Positions 1 to 11,734 are shown, counted from the first letter of the stretch. The stretch: 64,000 nucleotides of DNA from Eledone cirrhosa (GCA_964016885.1 OZ024740.1:337528001-337592000), one strand, 5' to 3'. The notes: generated by a model not told the origin, from the letters alone. Program-made: numbers and translations.

Positions 1-177
1 AATTTATTGGACATTGCCAAAATGACTGTATGGCCACTCTGTTCTGATACAAACCCACTTACACATAGAAGAGTTATTGATTTAAAAAACTTCAAATAAA
101 GTCCACAAAGTTTTGGGGTTGGTTGGGAACATGTAGTCAATTTAATCAACTTCTCCTCGCCTATAAAAGGAATCATC

Positions 178-519
178 ATCATTTTTCATTTCATTTTACG
201 TCCGCTTTTTCCCTGCTTGCAAGGGTGGGACGGGAACTGATTCTGGCTTGATTTCTACAGCTGGATGCCCTTCCTAACACCAACCTCATTTACAGTGAGT
301 GCTGGGTGCTTTTTTGTCGTGGCACCTGCACGACCACTTTGCAGTGGAATGATAGGGACTCCAGTCCCTATCATCTCATTTCTACAGCTGAGTAAACTGG
401 AGCAATGTGAAATAAAGTGCCTTGCTCAAGGAAACAACACATCACCTGGTCTGAGAATTGAACTCACAACCTTTCGATTGCAAGGCCAACACTCTAACCA
501 CTAAGCCATGTGCCTCCAA
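178..519 (-). mobile_element. tRNA-derived SINE family A with RTE-derived 3' tail
   Basis: The minus strand starts tggaggcacatggcttagtggttagag (A box) and gagttcaattc (B box) and ends with cccacccttgcaagcagggaaaaaagcggacgtaaaatga. Nearly identical to 32773-33110. Confidence 0.88.
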
Positions 520-891
520 TATATATATATATTTGTATGTATGCATACATATATATATATGTATGCATACATATATATATATATGTGTATGTGGAAAAAC
601 TAACTTTAAACAGTGATGATAATGATGATATATATATATATTATTGCTAAGTTAATTGAGTTTCAGATTCTATATGTTACAGTACATTAATTTCAGATTC
701 ATTATTTTACTTTCATTATTTGGAAATTCTTTATTAACACAAAGTGAAAGGGTATTTCGTAATTCATTTTAATGAAAGTATATTCTTTCATTCGTATTGA
801 ATTTGAAACTAACTCACAAAAGATGAAACTAAATTAATGTGCCAATAACAAATAATTCACATACCAATAATGAAAAATACCATATGTTATA

Positions 892-950
<59 letters not shown>

Positions 951-1416
951 CACTCTTTAAGGTGGTTTTCCTGATGCCACTACAACAATCAACAAGTGGA
1001 CCCTGTAAAGTGATAGCGCTGGTGCCATGTAAAAAGTGCCCTGTTCACCTTGTAAGGTGGTTGTACTGGTGTCATATTAAAAAGCACTTTATCCACAAGA
1101 GAAGGTGTTAGTACTAGTACCACATAAAATCTTCCAGTACACATTGTAATGTAGTTGGCATTATGAAGTGTATATGGCCATAGAAAACCAAGCCCCTCCA
1201 AATGGAGCAATTTAGTAAGACAGAGTAACATGACTTGTCTAACCTCATAATGTGACAGACCATCAAACCCATGCTAACATGTAAAATAAACATTAAACGG
1301 TGAACTGTTATCAATTCATCTGCACATTGAAAATGTTTCTTTCTGAAAAAAATTATAACACTAGATTAATGCATTGTCTCACATCATCTTATTCTTTCAT
1401 TATTTATCACTCATAG

Positions 1417-1449
<33 letters not shown>

Positions 1450-2609
1450 TATGTCATACATGTGTGTGCATGTGCGTGCATGTGCGTGCATGTGTGTGTG
1501 TGTGCGTTATTTCTTTTTCTCGGAGGTTATTGAAATGCAAGTAACATTTTAGGAAAAATAAATTAATCCTGTTATCTCTGTTATATGGTTCTAACAAATG
1601 AGAAAAAGTACTCAATACTACATTAGAGTGTAGTAATTTATTTCACCTAATCTAGTCACCCATCTTTACTCTTTTACTGGTTTTAGTTATTAGACTGCAC
1701 TCATGCTGGAGCAAAGCATCACCTGCAAGTGTTTTAATCAATAATATAGACCCTAGTACTTCTTTCATATGTCTGGTAGTCATTTCATCGATCCCTATTT
1801 GTTGAACTGCTAAGTTACAGGATATAAACAAAGAGTGTTACTTATTAAGTAAACACAAACACAATGTCACATACATTCATACATACATGCATAAATACAT
1901 ACATGCATACATACATACATGCATACATGAGGATTGCAGCATCTTCACAGTGATTGCCGTCTCTTATTGATTCTTCGTTATCATCCCATCTGCGTCCATG
2001 ACTTCATAGATAACTTTGTAGACCAGCTGTAGATCTGCATGGTTTATGACACAGGTGACAGAAGAGAGTTGTGCTTTTCACAGGAACAGTGGGGTCACCC
2101 TGTGGGACACAATCTTTATGTACCACCATGTTTTTTTAGCCAGGAACTAGTTCTACACACTTTGTTGCATATCGCACGTTTTTTTGCCAGGTCTTTGTTG
2201 AGTGGCATTGTGGGTGGTTATTCTTTCATGTGACTTCACATGATTAACATAACCAGCCTACATACAAACATACATATAAAAAAAAAAAAAACAAATGACT
2301 TAAGAAGCACAAGGAAAATTTGGAATTTGAAATGTGTTTGTCCTAATGCAAATGACCATAATAATTGTTAACAACAGCAAATAATATTTGAGAAAATCAG
2401 AGATGGAAAATTGTGGACAGTGGTGCCAGTGAGAAATCAAACCTTGCATCTAAGCAAGTGCGTTAACCACTCTACTAAAGAGCTGTTGGTCCCCAATTCC
2501 CTATTTTTAGAAGATTTTAAGCCAGTAGCTATAAATGTAAACAAATTGACTGAATCATATGGGGAATTTGAAATGTGTGTGGCCATAATAATAGTTGATT
2601 ACTATAAAT

Positions 2610-2815
2610 AATGGTTTCTGATTTAGGTGCCAAGGCAGCAAGTTTTGGAGAAGGGAAAGTCGATTAAATCAACCCCAGTGCTTACTGGTACTTTATTTAA
2701 TCAACCTTGTATGGATGAAAGATAAAGCTAATCTCAGCAGGATTTTAACTAATATTATAAAGGGCTGTAACTCTAAGCTGTAAGCATGATGTCCAATGCT
2801 CTACTCATACTGCCA
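2610..2815 (-). mobile_element. SINE family B, degenerate copy
   Basis: Reverse complement resembles 6485-6672 (ctttcatcc...gataaaataaagtaccagt core). Confidence 0.65.
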
Positions 2816-2991
2816 AATGGTTGACAAAAAATGGACATGGAAAAAACTTTAAATAATGAAGATAGGAAAAAATAGATTGAGGCATCTACAAACAATTGAA
2901 CCCCATATTTCTCAATTGCTGAGCAAGTGCATTAACCACTATATTAAAGAGCTACTGACTAATAATTCTGTCGTTTTAAAAGACTTCAACA

Positions 2992-3081
<90 letters not shown>

Positions 3082-3082
<1 letters not shown>

Positions 3083-3132
3083 GTTTCAGAAGATCCCGTT
3101 AAGGATGAAAGCAGCGATTCTTTGCTTAAACT
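3082..3132 (+). ncRNA. Hammerhead-like motif, CAGAAGA-core family
   Basis: AGTTT-CAGAAGA-TCCCgttaaGGAT-GAAA-GCAGcgattctTTGC-TT-AAACT, type I topology, flanked by (TA)n. Confidence 0.6.
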
Positions 3133-3354
3133 TTAATCTGTTATTTTAATAAATATATATATATATATGAAATGATATATGTAGAAGTTCTATTTAAATT
3201 GTTGGGATACAACAAGCAAATATTTTTATAACTGATATAAAGCACTCAACAAATGAAATATGTATAATGAAATAAATATGGTTTTATAAATATAGTTTCC
3301 ATTTGTTAATATATCGTATATATATATATATATGTTTCCGGAATGATATATATA

Positions 3355-5190
3355 TAAATGTGTCCGGAATGATGCCGGTGTACTTAGTGTCACGAATGAT
3401 CAGATAAAGGAGGCCTGGAAATGTCATTATGAGAGACAGATGAATGTGGAGAACGAATGGGAGAGAGAGAAATTACCCTCAGTAGATCTGACAGAGGGAC
3501 CAGCTATTGAGATTGACGAATATAGAGTCCAAGAAGCGATTAAGGAAATGAAAAAGGGTAAGGCTGCTGGACCGTCGGGGATAGTTGCTGAGATGCTGAA
3601 GGCATCAGGGGACGTAGGCACTAAACTGGTTTCACGCATCATCAATCAGGCTATATATGGTGGTGTCATACCCAAAGACTCGTGCAGCAGTATTCTCATA
3701 AATTGCTACAAAGTAAAGGGGATGCTCTGGAGAAGAGCAATTATAGGGGTATAAAACTGATGGATCAGGTTATGAAAGTGGCGGAAAGGATATTAGCACA
3801 ACTAATTAGAGAATTGGTCAAACTAGATGAGATGCAGTTTGGTTTTGTGCCTGGGAAAAGAACAACAGATGCCCTCTTCTTGGTGAGACAATTACAAGAG
3901 AGGTTCTTAGAGAAGAATAAGCCACTATACTTAGCCTTTGTTGACCTAGAGAAGGCCTTTGATAGGGTACCCCGATCTGTCATCTGGTGGTCCCTAAGAA
4001 AACTAGGTGTTGAGGAATGGCTTGTGAGGACAGTGCAAACTTTGTACAGAGGTACTGTCAGTAAAGTCAGGGTAGGAATGGAGTTTAGTGAGGAATTCCA
4101 GATACAAGTAGGTGTACATCAAGGTTCGGTCCTCAGCCCGCTCTTGTTCATTATAGTCCTCCAAGCCATAACAGAGGAGTTTAAGACTGGCTGTCCATGG
4201 TAACTTCTCTATGCTGACGATCTGGTTCTTATAGCAGAATCAGTAGAGGAGCTAGAGAATAAATTCTGGCTATGGAAACAGCAGTTGGAAGCAAGAGGAC
4301 TGAGAGTGAACCTAGCTAAGACAAAAGTGTTGAGTAGAAAAGAGGACAAAACTCTGATTCCATTAGGGAAATGGCCATGTTCGATATGCAGAAAAGAACT
4401 GGCATAAATTCTATAAAATGCACACAATGCAGATCCTGGGTACACAAGAGATGTAGTGGGATAGCAGGCAAACTAACAGGCGGGGAGAAATACGTATGCA
4501 GTAGATGTACAGGGAAATTAGACAGTAGAAGTCGCATTGATAGACACATTTTTCAAATGCAGGCGGGTGCTATAGAAGTGGTGGATAGCTTCTGGTACCT
4601 AGGAGATCAGATTAGTATGGGAGGGGGGGGGGTGTTCCGAGGCCATAGTATCTAGAATAAGGACGGGTTGGAAGAAGTTTAGGGAGTTGCTTCCTCTGCT
4701 GACGAAGAAGGGTTTCTCCCTGCGTACGAAAGGCTGGTTATATGATGCCTGTATGAGGAGCGCGATGCTGCATGGTAGTGAGACATGGGCAGCAACGGCT
4801 GGAGAGAAATGAGGCAAGCATGCTCCGTTGGATGTGCAATGTCAATGTGCGTGAACGACCTAGCATGAATGTGTTGAGAGAGAAACTGTGTCTGAGAGGG
4901 ATAGAATGTAGTGTGCGAGAGAGGAGACTGAGGTGGTATGGACATGTATTGCACATGGAGGATGACCGATGGGTGAAGAAGTGCCAGGAAATGCCAGTTG
5001 AAGGAAGACGTGGTAGAGGTAGACCACGAAAAACATGGACGGAGGTGGTGAGAACAGACCTCAGATCGCTGAAGCTCACGGTGGAAATGACGAAGGACCG
5101 TAACAAGTGAAGAGATGCTGTGCTGAATAAGACCCGTTCCACCCTTGCAAGCAGGGAAAAGCGGACATAAAATGATGATGATGATGATAT
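3355..5190 (+). mobile_element. RTE-clade LINE, 5'-truncated, frameshifted
   Basis: Broken ORFs with QFGF, AFVDLEKAFDRVP, GVHQGSVLSPLLF, YADD, a PHD-like Cys cluster and RGRGRPRKTW; (TGA)n tail. Confidence 0.93.
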
Positions 5191-5195
5191 ATATA

Positions 5196-5421
5196 ATTGG
5201 TGTTGGATGCTTAATGCGTCCGTTAGCAGTAGGCCGTTTGAGCACTCGATACTCTCATAGAGAAAATCTGCTTCGTAGAATCAAGACGTATCTAAGGACC
5301 TTGCAATTTTCAGAGTCAGGTTCGATCATCACATCGATCGTGCCTCGAGCTGGTTGCCAGAGAAACGATTGTAATATGTCCAATAAATTCCATTCGTCGC
5401 AACACTGATTCTCTTTTTTCT

Positions 5422-5425
<4 letters not shown>
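5196..5425 (+). mobile_element. PLE pLTR-like unit with degenerate long-stem-II hammerhead (5287-5378)
   Basis: CGTAT-CTAAGGA...GAAAC-GATT-GTA-ATATG followed by AATAAA. Homologous by eye to 27750-27975 and 34555-34690. Confidence 0.55.
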
Positions 5426-5462
<37 letters not shown>

Positions 5463-5544
5463 ATAATAATAAAATTGAAGACTAAAATCCAAAGAGGGCT
5501 CGATAAGGAAAATATATATCAAATATATAAGAACCGTAGAGCAA

Positions 5545-5720
5545 ATATTTATTAAAATAACAGATTAAAGTTTAAGCAAAGAATCGCTGCTTTCACCCTT
5601 AACGGGATCTTCTGAAACTAACTGCGTTTACAGATTGACTTTGTTAGTTTCAGAAGATCCCGTTAAGGGTGAAAGCAGCGATTCTTTGCTTAAACTTTAA
5701 TCTGTTATTTTAATAAATAT
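5545..5720. repeat. Perfect 78-bp inverted repeat carrying two CAGAAGA hammerhead-like motifs (5569-5619 -, 5646-5696 +)
   Basis: Arms 5545-5622 and 5643-5720 are reverse complements with a 20-nt spacer. Confidence 0.92.
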
Positions 5721-5744
5721 ATATATATATATATATATATCCTA

Positions 5745-6013
5745 TGCCTCCATGCCCTTACCCCCTCCCACTGCAAAGTGGTCGTGGAGGTGTCACGAGA
5801 AAAGAGCACCCAGCCCACACTGTAAAGTGGTCATGTAGGTGCCACGAAAAAAAGCACCCAGCACTCACTGTAAATGAGGTTGGTGTTAGGAAGGGCATCC
5901 AGCTGTAGAAATCAAGCCAGAACAAGTTCCGTATGAGCAAGACAGGTCTAACCCAAGACCCGTCTAACCCATGTTAGCATGGAAGAATGGACGTAAAACG
6001 GTAATGATGATGA
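5745..6013 (+). mobile_element. RTE LINE 3'UTR fragment
   Basis: Similar to 19800-20077, ending in a (TGA)n tail. Confidence 0.8.
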
Positions 6014-6297
6014 TATATATATATATATATATATATATGTTTTTCTCAAAGAAAATTTTTTCGTTCTGCCACTGCCCACTGTCCTCAATCTTTCTACTTT
6101 TCTTTAATTTCGCATTCTATTTTCTAAAGAAGGACTAGCATCCGAAAGTTTCCGACTAGTTTCCTACTATATCAAGTGTAAAATTATTAATAATATATTT
6201 CTACATTGTACTGTCGTTTGCTTTGTTATTTCTGTTTGTCTTTTGTATATATATATATATACAGTGAAAAAGGAGAAAAATCTTTGGTATCGGAAAG

Positions 6298-6437
6298 AAG
6301 AATGTCTTCACTGGTGTTGGTATGCTTTAATAATCCAATGCTTTCCAGTGAGCCATTTTTGTTCTTACTCCATATAAAAAATGACTTGTAAAACATTGAA
6401 TTATTAAAGCATTCCAACCACCAGTGAAGGCATTCTT
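6298..6437. repeat. Imperfect inverted repeat (~43-bp arms) between (TA)n tracts
   Basis: aagaatgtcttcactggtgttggtatgctttaataatccaatg versus cattgaattattaaagcattccaaccaccagtgaaggcattctt. Confidence 0.8.
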
Positions 6438-6484
6438 ATTTTAAAAAAATATATATATGCTGTTATAAAATATATATATATGCC

Positions 6485-6672
6485 ATGGTGCATTGGCAGT
6501 ATCGGTAGAGGGTTGGACGCCATGCTTTCTAGCATAGTTACGTCCCTTTACAGTCTGAGTTCAAATCCCGCCGAGGTTAACTTTGCCTTTCATCCTTACG
6601 AGGTCGATAAAATAAAGTACCAGTAATACACTGGAATAATTGCTGGCCTTGTGCCAAAAGTAGAAACAATTA
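6485..6672 (+). mobile_element. tRNA-derived SINE family B
   Basis: tggcagtatcggtagag (A box), gagttcaaatccc (B box), then ctttgcctttcatcc...gataaaataaagtaccagt. Multiple copies in the window. Confidence 0.8.
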
Positions 6673-6750
6673 TATATATATATATATTTCGTTTCTGAAT
6701 TTGGCAACATTTCTGAATTATTGGCAACATGACCCTCCCAAAGTATAACA

Positions 6751-6782
<32 letters not shown>

Positions 6783-7151
6783 ATTTCTTCATTTTTTATT
6801 CACATGTATGTGTGTATGTATATGTACGTATGTATGTGCATACATGTATAACCGCACATATGTGTATGTATATGTGCATGTGCCTGCGCATATGTATGTA
6901 TGTATATATATTTCTCCAATTTTTTATACATATGTATGTGTGTATGTGTATGTGCGTATGTAGGTGCATACATGTATGACTGCACGTATGTGTATGTATA
7001 TGTGCACATGTGTATATGCCTGTGCATATGTATATGTGTGTGTGTCTGTGTATGTGGGTTTGTATGTGTATGTATGCATATGTGCTTAAAATTTGTATTT
7101 GTACATATACATATATGTGTATATATGTAAGTATGTGTATATATGTGTGTA

Positions 7152-7209
<58 letters not shown>

Positions 7210-7213
<4 letters not shown>

Positions 7214-8110
7214 TGTGTGTAAGAAAGGAGTAGGCAGAAACTCCATTCTATGTCCCAAATGCAAACTATGGGTTCATAAAAGATGTAGTGGGATCAGAGG
7301 TAAGTTATCTAAGCATGTAGATTTTATATGTGGCTGATGCTCAGGTGCAATAAGTAGCAAGGGCTCACTGGATGATATCTCCTTCAACTGCCCAGATAGT
7401 TCTATAGAAACAGTAGACACTTTCCGTTACCTGGGTGACAAAATCAGCATTGGAGGAGGATGCTCTGAAAGTGTAGTAGCCAGAGTTAGAGCGGGATGAA
7501 AAAAGTTCAGAGAGCTAGTACCGCTGTTGACCACAAGGGGTTTTTCTCTAAAAACGAAAGGCAGATTATATGATGCCTGTATATGAACAGCGATATTACA
7601 TGTTAGTGAGACTTGGGCATTGTGTGCTGAAGACCTGTGTAGATTAGAAAGAAATGAAGCTTGCATGCTCCGATGGATGTGTAATAGTAACGTGCGCAAA
7701 AGGCGAAGCATAAACAAAATAAGAGGGAGACTAAGCATAAGGGGTATCAAATGTTGTGTTCTGGAGAGGAGATTGCATTGGTATGGACATGTGATGCGTA
7801 TGAAGGATGACAGCTGTATAAAAAAGTGCAGAGCAATGAAAATTGATGGAAGCTGCGGAGTGGATAGACCAAGAAAAACCTGGGACGAGGTGATATAAAA
7901 ACTGACCTTGCTCACCTACACCTCTCTAAGACAATGACACTGGATTGAGACCTTTGACACCATGCAGTTGTACAGAAGACCCGACTACCATTGCATACAA
8001 ACCTACAGTCAGTAGGCACCTCTTAACTCAATGTACACTCCACCTCCACACCTCTACTCCATCCTCCCTCTCCCGTTCCGTCCACTCTGTCGATGACACA
8101 ACAGTCCACA
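7210..8110 (+). mobile_element. RTE LINE 3' fragment
   Basis: CKKGVGRNSILCPKCKLWVHKRCSG...RLHWYGHVMRM...RPRKTW with stops; starts at a (TA)n tract. Confidence 0.9.
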
Positions 8111-8379
8111 CTGTATGGTGTAGAGGCTGTGGAATTTTAATTCATCTTTAATTATAGTTGGAGACAATTATTGTTAAAGCTAACCAAATGACCTACCAAC
8201 TTCAAACAGCCACGGAGCACTAGGGTACCCGGCTCATCTTCAAAGAATTCCTTTTATTTTATTTATGTTTTCTCTTTTCTCTTTTCTCTACTCTTTCTGC
8301 TTCTTTTCTATTTTTTTAATTTCTATTTAACAGAAAGGTCCTTTAGATTCCAAACCCTCCATTTCTCTCTCTCTATATA

Positions 8380-8635
8380 TATATGCTGGTGTCATGACAG
8401 AAAGCACCCAGTCCACCTTGTAATGGTGATCATGTGAGTGACACAACCAAAAAGCACCCAGTCTACACTATAATATGGTTATAATTAGGAAGGGCGTCCA
8501 GCTGTAGAAACCAAACCAGAAACAGTTCTGTATGAGGAAGACATGGTCACCTAATCTGACTTGTCTCATAATGTACAACCTGTATAACCCATGCAAACAT
8601 GGAAAATAGATGTGATTCTGTGATGATGATGATAT
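8380..8635 (+). mobile_element. RTE 3'UTR/SINE tail fragment
   Basis: aaagcacccagt repeats, aggaagggcgtccagctgtagaaa and a (TGA)n tail. Confidence 0.7.
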
Positions 8636-8656
8636 GTTGTTGTTATTGTTATTCAG

Positions 8657-8797
8657 TCATCAGATGCTCTTAAACAGTACCTGCAGAAAAATCTGACTAC
8701 ACTTCAACAGTGCTTACATGAATCAGTATATGGTTTAATGGTAAAAGAATTATGGCAGATATCCCTCAAGAATATGGATCAACAGATTATGGTTGGC
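8657..8797 (+). CDS. BAIAP3: Exon of BAIAP3/Munc13-4 (UNC13D)-like gene, start of MHD2 region
   Basis: ttattcag acceptor and gtaagt donor. 141 bp, phase 0/0, translates SSDALKQYLQKNLTTLQQCLHESVYGLMVKELWQISLKNMDQQIMVG, resembling the MHD2 start of BAIAP3/UNC13D. Splices in frame with the downstream exons. Confidence 0.8.
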
Positions 8798-8927
8798 GTA
8801 AGTAATATATATATTGAGCATGTGTCTTTTATTATAACCCAGGTCTGACCAATGCCTTTTGAGTGAATTTGCTAGATGGAAACAGTATGAAGTTTGTAAT
8901 ATATTTGTAATTAATATATATATATAT

Positions 8928-9466
8928 ATATAGAAATTACATGAATCAAAGTTCTGTTTAAATCATTTATTTGCTTACAATCGTTTCTTCCAAACCAAGG
9001 TTTGGAGTCTTCGGAGCAATTATTCAGTGATTTTTTACATACTTGAACTCCTTTTCAACACAAGAGACATATATAATCTTGTATAAATAGGACACGCGTG
9101 CATGCCTCACGTGTGACTGTTGCATACACTGGCTACTCCAAACTTTCCTCTTGCTTTATCTTCGTAAACTGGCAATGTTTTATTTTAATTTTAATTTTAA
9201 TTTTAATTTTAACTTTAATTTTGTCCTTTAATATGACTGTAATCTTTGTATGTAAATTGCCATGCTACATTATTATAATGGATGTCAACCCACTGTGGGT
9301 CAATATATACATATGTTTCTATATGTCTCTTGTGTTGAAAAGGAGGTCAAGTATGTAAAAAATCACTGAATAATTGCTCCGACGACTCCAAACCTCGGTT
9401 TGGAAGAAACGATTGTAAGCAAATAAATGATTTAAACAGAACTTTGATTCATGTAATTTCTATATA
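8928..9466. mobile_element. Fold-back PLE pLTR-like element, ~145-bp inverted arms each with a CCGANGA hammerhead (8971-9019 -, 9374-9422 +)
   Basis: Arms about 8928-9073 and 9320-9466. Motif TTGCT-CCGACGA-CTCCAAACCtcGGTTTGGAA-GAAAC-GATT-GTA-AGCAA followed by AATAAA. Confidence 0.8.
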
Positions 9467-9759
9467 ACTGCTCTGTAAAACAACTGATGTTGTTACATTG
9501 AGTTATTTATCTTACTGGTAATAAGGTAGTAATAAATTACTGTCTTTCACTATTTAGGGTTTAAAATATATATAACTATAAAAGGTTTTAGTATATACAT
9601 AACCATAAATAGTATCCTTAATACTATATATATATATATATATTTGTATATGTATGATTACCTCAAATGGGATGACCCGTCTAACCCATGCTAGCATGGA
9701 AAATGGAAGTTAAATGATGATTATATTACAATATTATTAATGTATATATATATATATAG

Positions 9760-10678
9760 TGAAAGAGTGAAGAATAACATGGTCAACAGTACAAAAAGGG
9801 TTTTATTTACAGTATTAACAATTGTTTCATTGATTAAGTTGTCTAAAAATTGCTAATCACTTGAAGTTGTGTCACTCAATTTTAAATACAATGTATGCTT
9901 AACCAAATCATCAGAAAAACTGATTAAAATTATACACAGCGTTTGTAATATACTAGGAAAATTCAAATAAAGAAAGAAAAAGACAAAAAGAAAAAGGAAG
10001 AAGAAAAAAGAAAAGAGAAAAAGAAAAAAGATAAAGAAAAAATAATAAATCAGTTAGAATGAAGATGATAAAAAATAAATAAAAAATGTTATATGCGTGC
10101 GAAGAAAAGTGAACATAATATGATTGTTGAAAATAAATGTGGTGTTGGTGGTTAAAATATAAAGATGTGATGGTATAAACATGAAAATATTAAATATATA
10201 CATATATGTATTGCTTAAATTAATAAATTAATAAATTAGAAGTTATGTTAGAAGTGAAGAGAATACGATAGGATATAATGTAAGAGGTGAAATATATTTA
10301 GGGAAAGAGAGTGAAAGAAGGAAAAGTTAGGAGGTTATGATGTTGATTCATTGATTAGTTGATTTAGAGACTCAGGTGGTACAGTTTGAATTATGGAATT
10401 GTTGGGTCGAATCAAGTTGATTTGAAATTAACGAATTTAGTAGCTGCTTTATGCCTACAGAAAATTGACCGTTCAATTTTGCTGTTAAGCAGCATTTTGT
10501 CATATTTTAAAATATGGAGCAACTCTATATTGCAAAGTCTGCAGTGGAACATTCCATTTTGTAGGCCTTTGCTGCTGATAGTTTCAACCAGCTAATCCAG
10601 TATTCTTGGTTTGTATCTTTAAGCTGCCAGATTTTATAGTACACAGGTAGACTATATTTAACTCCAGGCATCTACATA
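9760..10678 (-). mobile_element. 5'-truncated Penelope-like element (Naiad-like GIY-YIG C-terminus plus pLTR)
   Basis: Minus-strand frames give CLELNIVYLCTIK and KIWQLKDTNQEYWISW...AKAY...CRLCNIELLHILKYDKMLLNSKIERSIFCRHK; a hammerhead lies at the 3' end. Confidence 0.78.
9810..9922 (-). ncRNA. Type I hammerhead ribozyme, canonical core, long stem II
   Basis: CAGTTTTT-CTGATGA-TTTGGTTAAG...CTTAATCAAT-GAAAC-AATT-GTT-AATACTG, with palindromic stem III AACAATTGTT. Confidence 0.75.
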
Positions 10679-10680
10679 TG

Positions 10681-10732
10681 AGTTTCAGAAGATCCCGTAA
10701 AAGGGCGAAAGTAGCAATTCTTTGCTTAAACT
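10681..10732 (+). ncRNA. Hammerhead-like motif, CAGAAGA-core family
   Basis: AGTTT-CAGAAGA-TCCCgtaaaaGGGC-GAAA-GTAGcaattctTTGC-TT-AAACT. Confidence 0.6.
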
Positions 10733-10745
10733 TTAATCTGTACAT

Positions 10746-10798
<53 letters not shown>

Positions 10799-10916
10799 GT
10801 AATATATACATATTTTTATATGTAAGTAATTTTATAATATATATATATATACACACACAGATATATATATATATGTATATATTACAAAATTATATATATA
10901 TGTATATATTAAAATA

Positions 10917-10959
<43 letters not shown>

Positions 10960-11011
10960 TTAATAAAAACAATGAAATAAAAACAAAGAACAGGTTCCTT
11001 ATATTAAAAAA

Positions 11012-11146
11012 TTCATCATTTTACGATCGTTTCTGGGATATATGTGTGTTGGTATCATGTTAAAGATCTATGTAAAAAAATATTACAAATTATCTGAGGA
11101 GATATACATACCTTCACCTATACATGCCATCTTCAGAAATGATGAA
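11012..11146 (-). ncRNA. Type I hammerhead ribozyme, canonical core
   Basis: TTCATCATTT-CTGAAGA-TGGCATGTAT...ATATATCCCA-GAAAC-GATC-GTA-AAATGATGAA: perfect 10-bp stem I, palindromic ACGATCGT stem III, GUA cleavage triplet. Confidence 0.85.
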
Positions 11147-11734
11147 GTATGTTTATTGAAAGAAACAAAGTATTAATATAAAAGGTCTGTTTCGGAACAG
11201 GTTTTGAATTGACCAATAGAAAAGAGTTAGAGGTCAAGTTGATAGAATTACTGTAGTAGAACTTGATGCTAGGAGTGGAGGAATGTAAATTTATGATTTG
11301 AATGAAAAGAATATAGGGGTTAAAATGAGGTAAATCAAGGAGATAGTGAAGGAGTCCCAGAAAATTTGATGTTATTAAAAAATGCTGTTAAAAGCGAAGG
11401 GAAAGAAATTTGTGGGATTTCAAGGAACCTAGATACATAGAAGAAAATTAAATTAATTGATAGGTATACTTACAGAGTTAAAGTTATATTAATTCTTATG
11501 AATGTGATAAATAAAGAAGTAAAAAAAATAAAAAAATAAAAATTATTTATAGAAAAACTGTAATAGATAAAATTTTATAAAAACCAGTGTATCTATCTAA
11601 AACATCCATAATATTAAAGATATTAATTATATTAAATCATCCTAGGTATTAAATGTGATAAATAGGGGATGCGGTTAAAAGAAGTAGTGAGGTTAAAGAT
11701 AACTTTAGGTAAAGTGAGCTGTAAGAGGGAAATA

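Noticed and set aside
6040-6245. Hammerhead-like words ctaaagaagga...tccgaaa (also 32197-32223 -, 57838-57895 +, 35895-35980 -, 12125-12180 +)
   Set aside because: The cores or stem I are too degenerate to call. They are probably decayed pLTRs but were not counted as ribozymes.
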